Positions 26,527 through 39,600 of a DNA stretch of 64,000 nucleotides are shown here, one piece after another. The position numbers and the translations under genes are program-made. Each line of letters opens with the position of its first letter. Within the stretch, counting starts at the first letter, position 1. This DNA is from Chrysomallon squamiferum (Eukaryota > Animalia > Mollusca). Location of the stretch: positions 42,470,001 through 42,534,000 of the forward strand of contig CM022665.1 of assembly GCA_012295275.1 (NCBI GenBank). The letters are read 5' to 3'. The notes under the pieces were generated by a model that was not told where the DNA came from, made no database searches, and was given only the letters and a program-made list of their open reading frames with translations.

Positions 26527-28128
26527 TTTGCAGGAGTGAGGAAGTATGGGAAAGATTTCCAAGCGATTGCTGATGTTATTGGCAACAAGCTGGAGGCTCA
26601 TGTAAGAAGTTTCTTCGTAAACTTCCGTCGGCGATACAACCTGGATGAAGTCCTGGCAGAATATGAACTGGAACATGGAGTCGATTCCTCTGTTAAAGAA
26701 GAAGAAGAAAATGGAGAGACAGAAAAGGTTAGGAATAGTTTTTTTCTGGATTTATATTTTTATTTTTATATTTTGTTTTTCTGGCTTTTTATCATTATCA
26801 TTATTATTATTTTTACTTTTATTATTATTATTATTATTATATCATTATCATTATTTTTACTTTTATTGTTATTATTATTTTACTATCATGTTTATTATAT
26901 TTTTGTTATTGTTTTTTTATTTTTTTATTTAATTCTATGATTTAAAAAAATAAGCAGATTAATATGAGCAAAAGGAAAATAAGTTTTTCGTTATTGAAAA
27001 AGTTAAGTTTTTTTTTTGAATTTGAGTGATTTATATGACTGTAAAGAAATGATATGTATCTAGCTACATTCAGATTCAGTGATTAATTTCTGCTAAACTT
27101 TTTAGATATAAAATTTTTAATGCCAGTGTTTGTTGTGTTCGCAGATGGAAGTAGACAAGACATTAGACGGTTCTCCAGCTTCCGAAAAACCACCAACTGA
27201 CTCCCCCACAGCTGCAGCACCCCCACCTCTCTTAAAACAACCACCTGCCACCGCTAAAGGTTCTCCACCTCACCATGGCAACCACAATCACCCTCGGTAA
27301 GTTTTGTTTTCACATGATAAACAGTAGAGGTTAGAGATACAATTGGATGCAAGGATTGATCCCTCTATAGTGTTTTAATTGAGCTAATTGTCTGTGTCTT
27401 GTTTATCAGAGGACACATGTTGTATGTTTTCTTAATAAGGATGAGTGCATATTAAAGGTTCTATACAAATTGGGTATCAAAGCCAGTGGCAGGTCCTCTC
27501 CTGTATTTTGGGAGATGTGTATTAAAAAGTATAATTGATAAAAGAAACCCATAGAGGAATAAAACCAAGTTTTCTCATAATAGAAAAACTACTTGTTTTG
27601 AAACACAGGGATGTTTAATATGTTGATATGTTAAAATCTGAACAATATTTAATGTTAAAAATTTGTTGAAATGTTAAGAAATAGTTATTAATTAGAAATG
27701 GCACCCATTCTGTTTGGTGCATCCGTTATTCATTGCAGTTAAAATGGTTTACCAAAATCAGTGATATGTCTGGGGAAAAGATTGTTTTGCTGTAATGATG
27801 TCATTTGTTTTGTTTACTAATATTATCTAAAAATGGCATCTAAAAACTATTAATATACTCAGTGGACATTGTTTAATTAAAATGTTTTCCTTCAATTTGC
27901 TAGAACTAATTTATATGTGGTTTTGGTATTATGCAGTTGTCCCTCGGCTGGGGTGACATTTATTTATTTATTTATTTATTTATTTTTTTTATTTTCTGTT
28001 TCAGTTTAATGCCACAGAAGACAATATTGCATCAACCACCACCTCTTGTCCGTCCAAGCTCGTCACCTGGCAGCCATCACTCAAAACCCAGCATCATGGC
28101 TGGCATTCATCCACACACACACGATTAA
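19334..28128 (+). CDS. RCOR: REST corepressor (CoREST): ELM2-SANT1, C4 zinc finger, LSD1-binding linker, SANT2, Pro-rich tail; about 513 aa
   Basis: Exons 19334-19436, 19555-19611, 20584-20655, 21578-21630, 22050-22211, 22738-22859, 23518-23578, 24273-24373, 24901-25105, 25576-25653, 25905-25962, 26534-26727, 27145-27296, 28005-28128 (1542 nt, phases consistent). Motifs [106 protein letters not shown] and [32 protein letters not shown]. Confidence 0.97.
21815..21945. repeat. (TTTA/TTA)n low-complexity repeat
   Basis: Direct runs in an RCOR intron. Confidence 0.9.
23711..24225. repeat. Intronic minisatellite, about 42-bp unit, about 11 copies
   Basis: Unit tgtgtaatactgaacctaccttacaaggtttgttatgtttgta. 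It explains the spurious ORFs at 23718 and 23992. Confidence 0.9.
26393..26525. repeat. (TAT)n microsatellite abutting an RCOR SANT2 acceptor
   Basis: Direct run ending tattactttgcag at 26533. Confidence 0.95.
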
Positions 28129-31105
28129 CTCTGATAAAAACTAGGATTTAAAAACAAATAAACAAAACTTGACCTGGCAAAGACTGCAGGGCATTTACAC
28201 ACTATGACAATCTGCACCTGAATAAATATCAAGTCTTTCTTTAAGAGGGGCAAAACATAAAAACAAACAATAAAAATAAATGAAAAAAGACAAAGGGACA
28301 TAACTCTCACTGACTCTTGGAAGAAGTACTGATTTGTCAACAGGGAAATGAGCTGGTCCTTTTGTTAATACTGTTTTATCAGTTTAGTCTCTGGTGTAAT
28401 TTGTTGTATAAAATTAATAATTTTATTGTCACAGTTACAACTAAGAGTGTTGGAGTGAAAAGGCCCCCACTATACATGACTGTACTGACAGACAGATGTC
28501 ATTTCTCACTAGTTGAGTATTTTTATTATTTAACATTGGACATGTCCAGTTCATGGCGATCTTGCCCAGCATGTTAAAACTTCACGTTAATATTTATCAC
28601 ATGAAAGGTGTAATTTTTCACTGACATCACTACATTTACCCAATTTTTTTTTTAAGTAGCTGATGTTTCTCTGAATTGAATTGTTTATTTTGTTAAATAT
28701 ATTCAACCAAAAAGTTAATCATTACTTTAACTAGATGCAGTTAAGATGACAAGAATTTTTTTTTGGGGGGGGGTGTTTTTTTTCATTTTATTGATTATTA
28801 ACTTTTTTGTTGAGTATAAAAGGAATGATTGCGTATTTATGGTTACTGCAAAAGTTGTAATTTCATGGATGCTTTTAATGTTAAAACATTATTTAAAAAA
28901 TACAATATTTTCTGCTATTTGGAGTGTTTATTATATTTTTTAATTTTTTTTTTTATGTTTTAATATAATGCTAGATAGTATTTTCTGTTTCAGTTTTGAA
29001 AGCAGATCAATAAATTATGGTCATTTAATAAATGTTAAATATGACCAAATATAAAATTGAGTTAATGTATTTAAAAAAATGAAAAAGAAAAGAATGGAAA
29101 TTAAAATGGAGGGGGGAATAATAAATTGTTATTCTTTGATATATAAGGATACAAAATCAGTTCATTTATTATTTTAAATTTTTCACATGGGTTTGGTTAA
29201 TTGCACTTTATACATTGTATGTCTCACAGAGTCAAAAATAGCTGTTTCTATTATTTAAAAAAAAAAAAAAAAATGAGGAGATTGGTATAAATTTTGATTA
29301 TTTTGTCAAGATTGAACAGTTACCTTCAAAACATTACAAAATGACAAAACAGAAAACAAGATTCAGACATTCTTGTTTCATCTAATTAATAAAATATTTA
29401 AATAAACACATTTTTACTGATAAACCGTTATCCATCTACTACTTAAGTGTTAATGCAGTTTTACTTAATAAATATCCATCATTATGGACTTCATTATTTT
29501 AAATAAACTGTTTTCCTGTATTCTTATTTCAGTTGAAAGAAAAGGGCCTGAATAGGAATTTATTTATTTATTTATTATTATTTTTTGGTAAAGAACCAAG
29601 GCTTGGTGAATAAAGTGTTATGTATTTTAGTTCCAAGCAAGAAATAACAAACCCTTTTTATTGACCAGCCAAGCAAGAGGTTGTAAATATTTTTCAGTAT
29701 CTATTTGTCAATCCCATGCAAGAGATCATTAATCTTTTTCAGTGTTCATGTATCAATCCCAAGATAGTAAACCTTTCAAAATCAGAATTTCGGAATCGAG
29801 ATTTTATTGTTTTATATATAAATATATATGTGTGTGTATGTGTGTCAATTTTTAAAAATCTTGGTTACAACTGGCTTGTTATCAATCATTTTTGCTCATG
29901 CATGAAACTGATTCACTGGGTTGTAACCTGTTCTGTGTTTAAATCGGAATTTTAATGAAATGTTTGTTCTTGCATTGAAAATTATATTTGGTGTGGCAGA
30001 TTTTAATGGAGCTGTTAAAATGGATATTTGTTGCTTTGTTAGACAGTTTTAATGTATAAATTGCTGAATGTTTCTTAAATTTTAAGAAATGGTTGTCTTG
30101 CTTGTTGTAAATTGTATTTTATGATGAAAACAATGTACAGTTAATTTAATTTTTTAATTATTTTGTTACGTATTCCAAGGTAAAAATGGAAAAAGAAAAA
30201 AAATTGTTAATGGCTATATGTCATGTGGCTGTATTATTATTTTTTTCTTCTTCTGAATTTTTAACAAGCTTTGTTATAATATTGTGATTTTTAAACATTT
30301 ATAAATTTTTTGTAAAAAAATAATAATTTCTACCAAATTTCATTAGAACATTCCATAAAGACCATAAAACCTTTTTTAACATACGAGTTTTGAAAATGCA
30401 ATAATACAAATACATAAGTATGTGACAGTGGCCAAAGATGCAAGCAGCTATTTTGAACAATAGCCCACAGAACATCAGAATAAGCTAATTTATTCACTTT
30501 CAGTCTCATACTTGTGTAAAACATTTATTTTATTTTACTGGGGTCATCTTTGGCTAAAACAGTGTCACTTTCACATAGGAGAATAGTATGCGACATGATT
30601 TTATAAAAAGCTTTACAATCAGATAAAAACTTACCTTTCAGCTTGGTTTCCTCATGCTTAAATATTTTATATTCTTACAAGTGATTGTTTTGATGTTATT
30701 AAGAATGACAATAGGCCCACACATCTTTAAATTGATCCTAAACCAAATTGATTGCAATATATTAAATTTAACACAGATCATAATTTTGTTACTGTTTTGT
30801 CTTCTGAAAATTGTTCAAGTCATAATTAATTGGAAGTTATATTTAAATTTCACGTTATGTACTAGTCCAAACTGGTTTTCAATATGTAAAAAAAAAAAAA
30901 AAAAAAAATGTGTTTATATATTGTCAGCATTACTTACCACAAATTTGAAGTTTTTGTTGTAAATAGCATTATTATGAGACATTTACACATTTATTTATTG
31001 ACATTTGTTTTTTTAATATGTTTTATTTCTGATGTTTATTTGGTTTGTGGATTATTTTGTCAAATTACGAACATTTTTGCCTTCATTTTTCATCACCTAT
31101 GTCAA

Positions 31106-31147
31106 AATAAAATGCAGTGAAGTATTTAATGTTGTCTTTGTTGTTTT
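31106..31147 (+). terminator. Probable RCOR polyadenylation signal
   Basis: AATAAA at 31106-31111 followed by GT-rich gttgtctttgttgtttt. The T-rich strand bias of the roughly 3-kb 3' UTR ends here. Confidence 0.55.
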
Positions 31148-31339
31148 AAATTACAATTTATTTTAAAATCAGTAATTAATGCATTATTTTCTGAAAAATA
31201 AACAGGAATTTCTGTCATAATCTCAAATACATTTGTTTGTACTCGATCTTGCCAGGCTTTGACATAAAATAATAATAAGAAGACACGGTTTTACTAATAC
31301 CTACAAGGATTAAATACCAATTCAGAAAGAACAATAACC

Positions 31340-31391
31340 ACATTCATTAAAATAAAACAAACACCTCAACTTGAAATATTTATGATTTATT
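31340..31391 (-). terminator. Probable beta-spectrin polyadenylation signal
   Basis: Minus-strand AATAAA at 31386-31391 with downstream gtgtttgttttatttt. An alternative AATAAA lies at 31157-31162. Confidence 0.5.
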
Positions 31392-34181
31392 GTTTGTACC
31401 TTTTAAGCAAATACAAAATCTGGTAAAAGCAAGCCTTCTTCAGATGGAAAAAGCACAAAAAAGATAACCAAAAGGCGTGGAGTAACATCTAGCACTGCCA
31501 TTATGCACAGATGTTCTATACTGAAAAGCTGATTACAGATTTCACTGGAGTGAACGATTGCTACTACTTGTAGAATACTTACAGATTTCACTTACGTGAA
31601 CAATGTTTACTGCTAGTAGAAGTTCTACTGGAGGAAGATTGACTTACACTTTCTAATGGCTCAAAATGTAATCTTTGCACACTTTTAAAAATATTTTTTA
31701 CAAAATGGGGACAGGGAAGAGAAAAAGTGAAAAATAATAATAAAAAAAAACACCTGGTCATGGCTGGCCATATCTGAAAACTTGACAGTATCCTTGTCAC
31801 ACATTCATTTCTATTTAATCAGGCACTGTTCTTCAAGGAATGATAACAAACAAAATTTTAATATACAGATTGGTTTTTTTTTTTTTTTTTACCAAGTAAA
31901 GAATTGGTGACTACTGTTATACAAAAACTTTGGAAATATCTACGACTGCTCTACTCTGGTGACTGTTCAGTATTCTTTCTATGTTTGTAATTCTGACTAA
32001 TGTCACTGGGTTCATGCAGTTTTGGCCAGAATTGCTCTTTTCCCAAAATCGCCAGGCATAACACACAGAGAAGAAAAATGACCAAAAATAATTATGGTGT
32101 CACATTTCAGTAGTTTTAAATGTGCTCAAGATGTGAATTAATTTTCTAAATGGATATTCTCATGCTCCACTTGGGCTGTGCAATGCAAAAAGCTGAATAA
32201 ATGTCGGTGGTCTCATTCATTGTCTGACCGTCTTTGATATTGTAATAAACATTAAGTTTTAAATGGTCCATAAATTGTTAGTCTAAAGTTATGTTTTGAT
32301 GTGAGCACAGAATTTGACTTAGAAAATGAGTAAAGTTGTTAAATAATGGTTATGCCGTGTTATTCATTTTAGTAATCTTTTTATTTCTATTTACTTTCAT
32401 AATATGACAAACAAAATGTCAACTGTTCATTTTGTTGTTCTTACTGTTGTTTTTTTTTTAAACATGACGACACATAATTCTTCAATGTCATCCTGCTTCC
32501 ATAACAGAAACAAAAAAACTTTGGCTTACCAAATTCACATTATAATTTATTTTTAAATAATTATTATAAATTAATAAGTAACTACAGTGAATTTTGATAC
32601 ATCTGTTTTAAACAAAAACCAGCAGTAGTTATTTTAGAGAAATATTAACATTTAAAAAACCAAAAAAAAACCTAATTTAAAACAAGAACCCTCATTGCTG
32701 TTGAATATACCAGTTATATTCCATGTCTTTTTAGTCTTAACCTGCAGATACCTCCACACACCACACTGGCAGAATAGCAGTGAATTCAACAATAAACACA
32801 ACCCAATAATGACAATCAACAAAACTGTGCTTCCCAGAGACATGTATATATATATGTATATTTATATAATATAATATATTATATGGACACTACGATGTCT
32901 TAAAATTACAACACGCATACATTACACTATCTACATGTACACTGCCTCGTAAGAAGCAGTCAAGAGGCAATTAACAAAAGTTGTAATGGTAACAAAAAAT
33001 TTAAAGATTTCATTAAAAATTAAAAAACAAGTTTGTTGGTATGCACAAGTCACAACACAGTTGCTGCCACACTAATGAAAACAAGTAGCAGCAGAAAAAA
33101 GAAAAAAAAATATTGAGAAAGTAAACGGTTGACAAAAACACAATGAAAACCTGTGGATGAAGAGCCTGTTTTTTTGTTTTTTTTGAGATATTCTGATTGC
33201 TGGCAGATGGCCATGACATGATGAGGCTTTTTTCTGTTGGCAAGCTCAAGGTGTCTGCCTTGCATAGATGGAATGCAACATTCAGAGGTAACGCTGACCC
33301 AAAGTGTTCATGTGTATATGTGAGTGAGTGTGAGATGTCCAAACAACTTGCAGACAACACTCAAAAAAACAAACAAAAAAGCTAGGAACAATTGTGAATG
33401 AACCAGAGGAAATGGGAAGGTTAAAATGAAGTGATCTTATAGCAACATAATGGCAAAAATGAATGAATATATATGATTACAATGAATGAATGAAGCAAGT
33501 GGCCCATTCCTCCTTTCTTTTAACTAAAAAATTAATAATTAAATAACAATAAATGTTTTATTTTTATATCTGCCAGCAAACAGTATCTTGAATACATATT
33601 AATTTTTTTTAATTTTTTTTTTTTTTTCTGTGTAATTAAAAAGCTTAAGCTAAAACCTCTCACACTATATTCGTTACATTTTTATTTGTTTGTTAGTTTG
33701 TGAATTTTTTTATCTACTACATATATTTGTAAAATCTGTGCCTGATGTTTAAGCCATGACGTGGAGATCAGAAATGACAAGAGGCTTGCTGGTCGGAATG
33801 CTCAGTGTCCATACAACGTCAAAAGTAACTGAAAACTGAAATCCACTTGAAGTCACATAATATAATAAATTATCGCACATTTAAGAAGAAAAGAAATGTC
33901 TTAAAAACATCTGCAATCTTAAAAGCTCAGCTTGCCAAAGTTAACAAAAAAAAAAAAAAAAAAAAAAATCTGAATATTGCCATATATCATCAAAAACAAC
34001 TTTCTTTTTTTTCAAATTATTAATTATAATTATTGTAGATGATAAAAAAAATGAAAAAGAAATTGCTGACCAAACACTGATTTCTGTCTGTAATTCCACA
34101 AACGGTAAGAGATTCCTTTCAAAGCTATTAAAGTATGAAACAGATTCCTTTCTCAAAGCTATTAAGTATGAAATGTTGTTT

Positions 34182-36655
34182 TTATTTCTTTTTCATTGTG
34201 AAGAAGCCTCTCTTTTTGTGTTCGTCTTTCGGTGGCTCTGTTCGTGCAGGCAGTGACTGGGCTTTCAGAGATGCACTCGTTCCTTCCGCTCCGGTTGTCA
34301 GATTCATTTTCGCAATCCACACGTCTCGCTCGTTCTGAAATAAACAAATTAATATAGACAATATGTCCTCAATTTAACTTTTACAATGTCTGAAATAAAT
34401 AAAAAATATAAACAGAGTTTATCCTAAATTTAATTTCAGTGATGAATAAAGATGTCTGAAGCAAACAAATAAATAAAATGAAGTTGTCCTGCATTTCCTT
34501 TTTGTGATGAATAACAATTTCTGACAAAAAAATCCAAGTATACAGAGTTTGTCCTGAATTTAATTTTTGTGATGAATAAAGATATCTGAAATAAACAAAT
34601 AAACATACAGAATTTGTCCTGAACTTAAGTTTTGTGATGAATAAAAATGTCTAAAAGAAACCAATAAATGTGAAGAACCATACACAGAAAGCTACAGATA
34701 CAAAAATCTAATAATTTTCTTTTAACTCATACATTTTCCCAAAATTATGAAGTTAATAAATTTATAGTAATAACAATAACAATAACAACAGAGAAAGCTA
34801 TCAGTTTTACTATGACATATAAAAACTTTTGAAAATCCGATTCTTTATATCAACCTCCTTAGATATAAATATTTTGATACAGACGATTCCAATTGAGAAA
34901 TGATTACTATTTGAACATCAAAATTTATTTCTTCAATTTAAAACCTCCCTCCCCCAAAAAAAAAATAAAAATAAAATAAATAAATAAACAAGACAAATAA
35001 TGAAATACCTCATCTTTTCCCTGGAACAGATACTCTGCACCACTGGCAAGCGTAAGGCGGAACACAAATGGTCTCTTGGTGTAGTCGGAGGCAACCGTAC
35101 ATGACGCCCCTGTTAGATCTATAGCACTCTCATGATGAACCCGAGTGTTGGGATCCTGAAGCATAACAAAACAACTATCACAGAAAAAGACAAAACCAAC
35201 TATCTTGGAAATACAACAAATTACAACAAATTAAATTACAGAAATACAACAAAAACTATCACAGAAACATAACAAATTAACTATTATAGAAATACAACAA
35301 ACACTATCACAGAAAGTGAACAATTTATCAAAGAAATTCAACAAATCAACTATCAGTTTAACTATCTCATAAAATTTGTAGTCATAACAATCATCCTCCA
35401 TGTTCAATTTTTTATTGGTTGTGTATATGTCTGAAAACATCTAGTTTTATCAATGCTACTCACAGATTTAGCATGCTTCATATCCTTATAACAGGAAAGG
35501 GAAGCTCCATGTAGCACCAAATAGAGTTTGTCCCAAGACCTAAAAGAAAAAAAAAAAACCCAACAATAAATCAATGTTTAATTAAACTCCAGTTAATACA
35601 AAATAAATAGTTGTTAACAATACCAAAAAAAAACAACTAGGAAAATTATTATCCATATTTAAAGAAAAAATAAAATTTTCAAGATAAAATAAATGAAAGT
35701 AAAATATAAACCAATAATCAAAACATGCTTTTAACATTAAAAGTAAATGTGTATGATTAACTGCTTATGTATTGTAGTGTTTTCCCTGAGCAGAAATAGC
35801 AGGATGGCCTGTCCTGCTCCTTTTTGGGGCCACCTGTGTGCCTGTAATTCTGAAAATGCCCACGCTCCCTGGCCTAAATTGTCAATAAAATGTGCTGATA
35901 ATTACTGCAACATTCCATGAACATTCCACCAAAATCCATGGTAGCTTAAATATGAGACCTTGTCAATTCTGCCATTCTGAAGACAATTAATATGAAGGGG
36001 AAAAAATGCCACCTTTTCTACCTGTACCTTCCTCCCTTTTTTCAGTCTGGGGGAAATACTTATATTATGTGCTTCATATTTAATTGTAGACTATGTTTCC
36101 AGGGGAAATAAATTCACTACTTTGTCTAATAAGTTTTAATATTTATTTATATTAATTTTTATTTTTATTTATTTATTTAGATGGGGACTGACAGGAATAA
36201 GTTTTTAGTTACTAACATTAATATCCCAGTTAAAATTATATACTATATTTATTAAAGCAAAAAGAAATATTAAATTTTCCCTCTATCACTGCTGAATCAG
36301 ACTACTGGTTTAATACTGGACCACATTTCAGTGGTTACTAGGTTTTATAAATGTACACTAACCTGCTGCTTGCTTTTTTGCCATTCACCTCACGTTCGTG
36401 TTTTCTGGAAAGAACTCCTTCATGGTGTACCACTTCCACTGACCCAGATGGGCTTTGTTCTGAGACAAGACATAAATATACTTATTGTTAGTGAGGTCAT
36501 TCGCAGAACTGAAGCAATTCAGCTCTAAAAACAGATTGTATTTTAAATTGAATATTTAATTTTAAAAGCTGAAAAACAAAACACACATTAAGAGCATATC
36601 ATTTTCTTAGTATATGTTACATCATGTTTGTAAATATTTTTGAGATAAATTATTC

Positions 36656-36689
<34 letters not shown>

Positions 36690-39600
36690 AAATACATAAA
36701 TAATAACAATAATAATAAACAAAAATATCATTAACAGTGCATGTAAAATGTTATATTTAAACTGATAAAATGGACACAGTTTCAATACTGTCAAGCAATT
36801 AATTAAATTCATTCAACTCTAAAAGTTCTGAAAATATGCATGTCCTACACATGACAATGAAAAAACAATTAGGTAAATTTTCTTACATACATACACTGAT
36901 TCAGATATTATTTAAACAGGAAAAAAAGTAAACACTCCAGTTGGCCAAAAGCTATCAACAAAAAAGCTGATACTTCATTCTCCACAAGTACAAACAAGAT
37001 ACATCCACAGTTCCTTTGAATAATACACTATTCCAATCTCCAGATGGACATCAGCCATTTTTAATTACAAACCTGGACCTCATCACAAGATATCCTTTAT
37101 TACTGTGAACATTTTAATTTAAAAAAAAATATATATATATATATATAAAAAGGTTTGTGATATGTTTTGAACAACAAACATACACTGTATATAAAATGAT
37201 CCCCATCAGCACACACAACATGCAAAAAAATAATTAATGTCCAAGATAAAAATTCCCTATTTTCAATCCATTAACAATAACAAACAGCACTTGAAGAAGA
37301 AATGCTTTAAAACAAAAAAAATAAAAACCACATACTCTGGAACAAAATAAAAAATGAAATTTCAAACATCCCTTGAAAAACAGATATAAAGAAGATTATA
37401 TTAATGACAGAAAAAAAGAAACCACACTTTAAATAGGTACCGGCAGCCTAACCAAAACAAGTGAACAAAGCTTTTAGAAATGCAGATTTTTTCGTTTTTC
37501 TCCATTCCCATCAAAAACAAACATAGGGAAATACTGATTATTATCTGCTCTTTTAAATGGTGATGTTGTTTTTGTTGTGTATTAAATTGTTAATCTGTAC
37601 GAGTGTGTTAAACCTGGAGGGGTAAATGAACTCCGTCAGTCATTGACAGCGTGGAGTAAAAAGTCCTAAAACGGTGTCGCACTACAAACGCCTGGCTATG
37701 AAGTCGCTTGCATTATTTTTAGCAGTCAGGAAGGTCAAGGCTGATCTTTCTAACAATGTGCATGCTATCCAAAAATGCATTTTTGCTTGCCTAAAAACCA
37801 AATTAAAAAAAATAATAATTAAAAAATGATTGAAAATTAACCCTACAAACTCATAATCAAATGAAAGCTCATTGAATTATATTTCAAACAATGTGCGACA
37901 CGACGGTGTACCATCTTTGATGTAGAACCATCTTGAAAGCGAGCCATAAATTAACAATGATTATATTTATATACTGTTTATATGTTTAATATCTTGTTGG
38001 CTGAAGCATTATATATAATACAAAAATGCCAAAATTACATTTTCTGATTCCGACCGGGCCAAACAATTTTTTTATTATTTAAAACAATTATATTTCTGTG
38101 CTGTTTATATTTTATAATAACTTGTTTAAAAGATGTTTTTCTTCTATGTTCTTTTTACTGTATATAATAAAAACAATGAAAGAAAAAAATATCTCTTCCG
38201 TTCTATGAAATCTTTAAAATAACAAACTATCAAGTAGTCAGTACCAGAAATTGACAGAATGATGAAAAAAAAAAAAAACATATAAAAAAAAATAAAAAAA
38301 AAAAAAATTTTTTTTTAAAACTTGTCATAAATTGATCAGTTTTAAAACTTGTATGTTTTTTTCTCCTCTCTCTGCAAGGTTTCTTTTTATACTTACTTTA
38401 TTGCGTATTATATAAAATAAAATTAATTAATAATTAGGCTGCCAATACCTACTTTTACGAAGAAAACAAAGAGAGTGACAGAAAAAGTTTCCCCCAATGA
38501 ACAGGCTTCTTCCTACATGCTCCCAACCTGAGTTAATCAATTTCATGCAAATTATGATTCAATTTTACTTAATTAAAGATCTTTTGGGGCCAGTTTAATT
38601 GCCATTACTTTTTTAAGGCAAAACTATTCAGTCATTATTATATGTGATATATAATCATGTAAGATGTATTAGGGCCAGTGTTACAATTAAGCTCATAAAT
38701 TAAATCATGATGTAAAAAAAATAATAATAATAATAAAAAAGAATACCTGGGCATATAAAAATAATTGGATTCAGTTCCAGTTTTCTTGTGACAAAATTTA
38801 CAAGTAAACAGTACTTTTTTAAATTTGCTTTTGTTGTTGTTGCTATTGTCTGTGGTCCTTTTTTCACACAACCAAACAGATGCATCATTAACCCTCCATG
38901 ATCAGTTCTCTTTATTTTAGTAATGTCTGACATTTATTTTCAATTCAAATATTTAATGAACCAATGTCAAAACAAAATCACTGTGAAATTGATCACAAAA
39001 TGACTGAAGATGAAAGAACAATGATGTCAGGAGTATTTCTTTTGAGTTATAAGCACATTAATAAATACACCACTTTTCTATACACATCATATACACAGAA
39101 GTCGATCAGAAATGCCAACACTTGAGATTTAGGTTTTTATGCTTTGGTAAGAACTATAATTTTCCAAAAATATATGAAAGGTGGAGAGAAAAATAAACCC
39201 AAAATAATTATGGAGTCATACTTTAGTTAAAAAAAAAAAAAAATTTCTTTCTGTTTTTCTTACAATTCATCATTGTCAAAATACATGAATATTTATTACC
39301 TTTCAAGCAGAATGTTTTTTTTTTGTTTGTTTTGTTTGTTTTTATTACATACTTTTTATGGTGTCATCTGTGAACTTCAGCAATATATTTCCATTAAAAC
39401 ATGATCATTGCTAGTCCAACAAGAGAAGATGTTATAAAATGTGCCAGATGAAAACATTTCATTGTACATATATTTACAAAAATAATAATAAATGACACAA
39501 AACAGTGGACTACTGTACTGGCCTAATTAAGTTTATATGACACTCAGAATACATATCTTTGGCATTTTTTCTAAAGAAAATATTTTTCATAAAAAAAATT

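Noticed and set aside
26314-26940. Poly-I/N and hydrophobic transmembrane-like ORFs
   Set aside because: Derived from (TAT)n repeats flanking the SANT2 exon.
34162-34347. ORF-track 61-aa peptide as the spectrin C-terminus
   Set aside because: Wrong frame; the phase-0 splice gives [10 protein letters not shown]...[11 protein letters not shown].
37613-37770. Possible internal first exon of beta-spectrin
   Set aside because: Wrong phase or stops, and it lies inside the TIR-bounded element.
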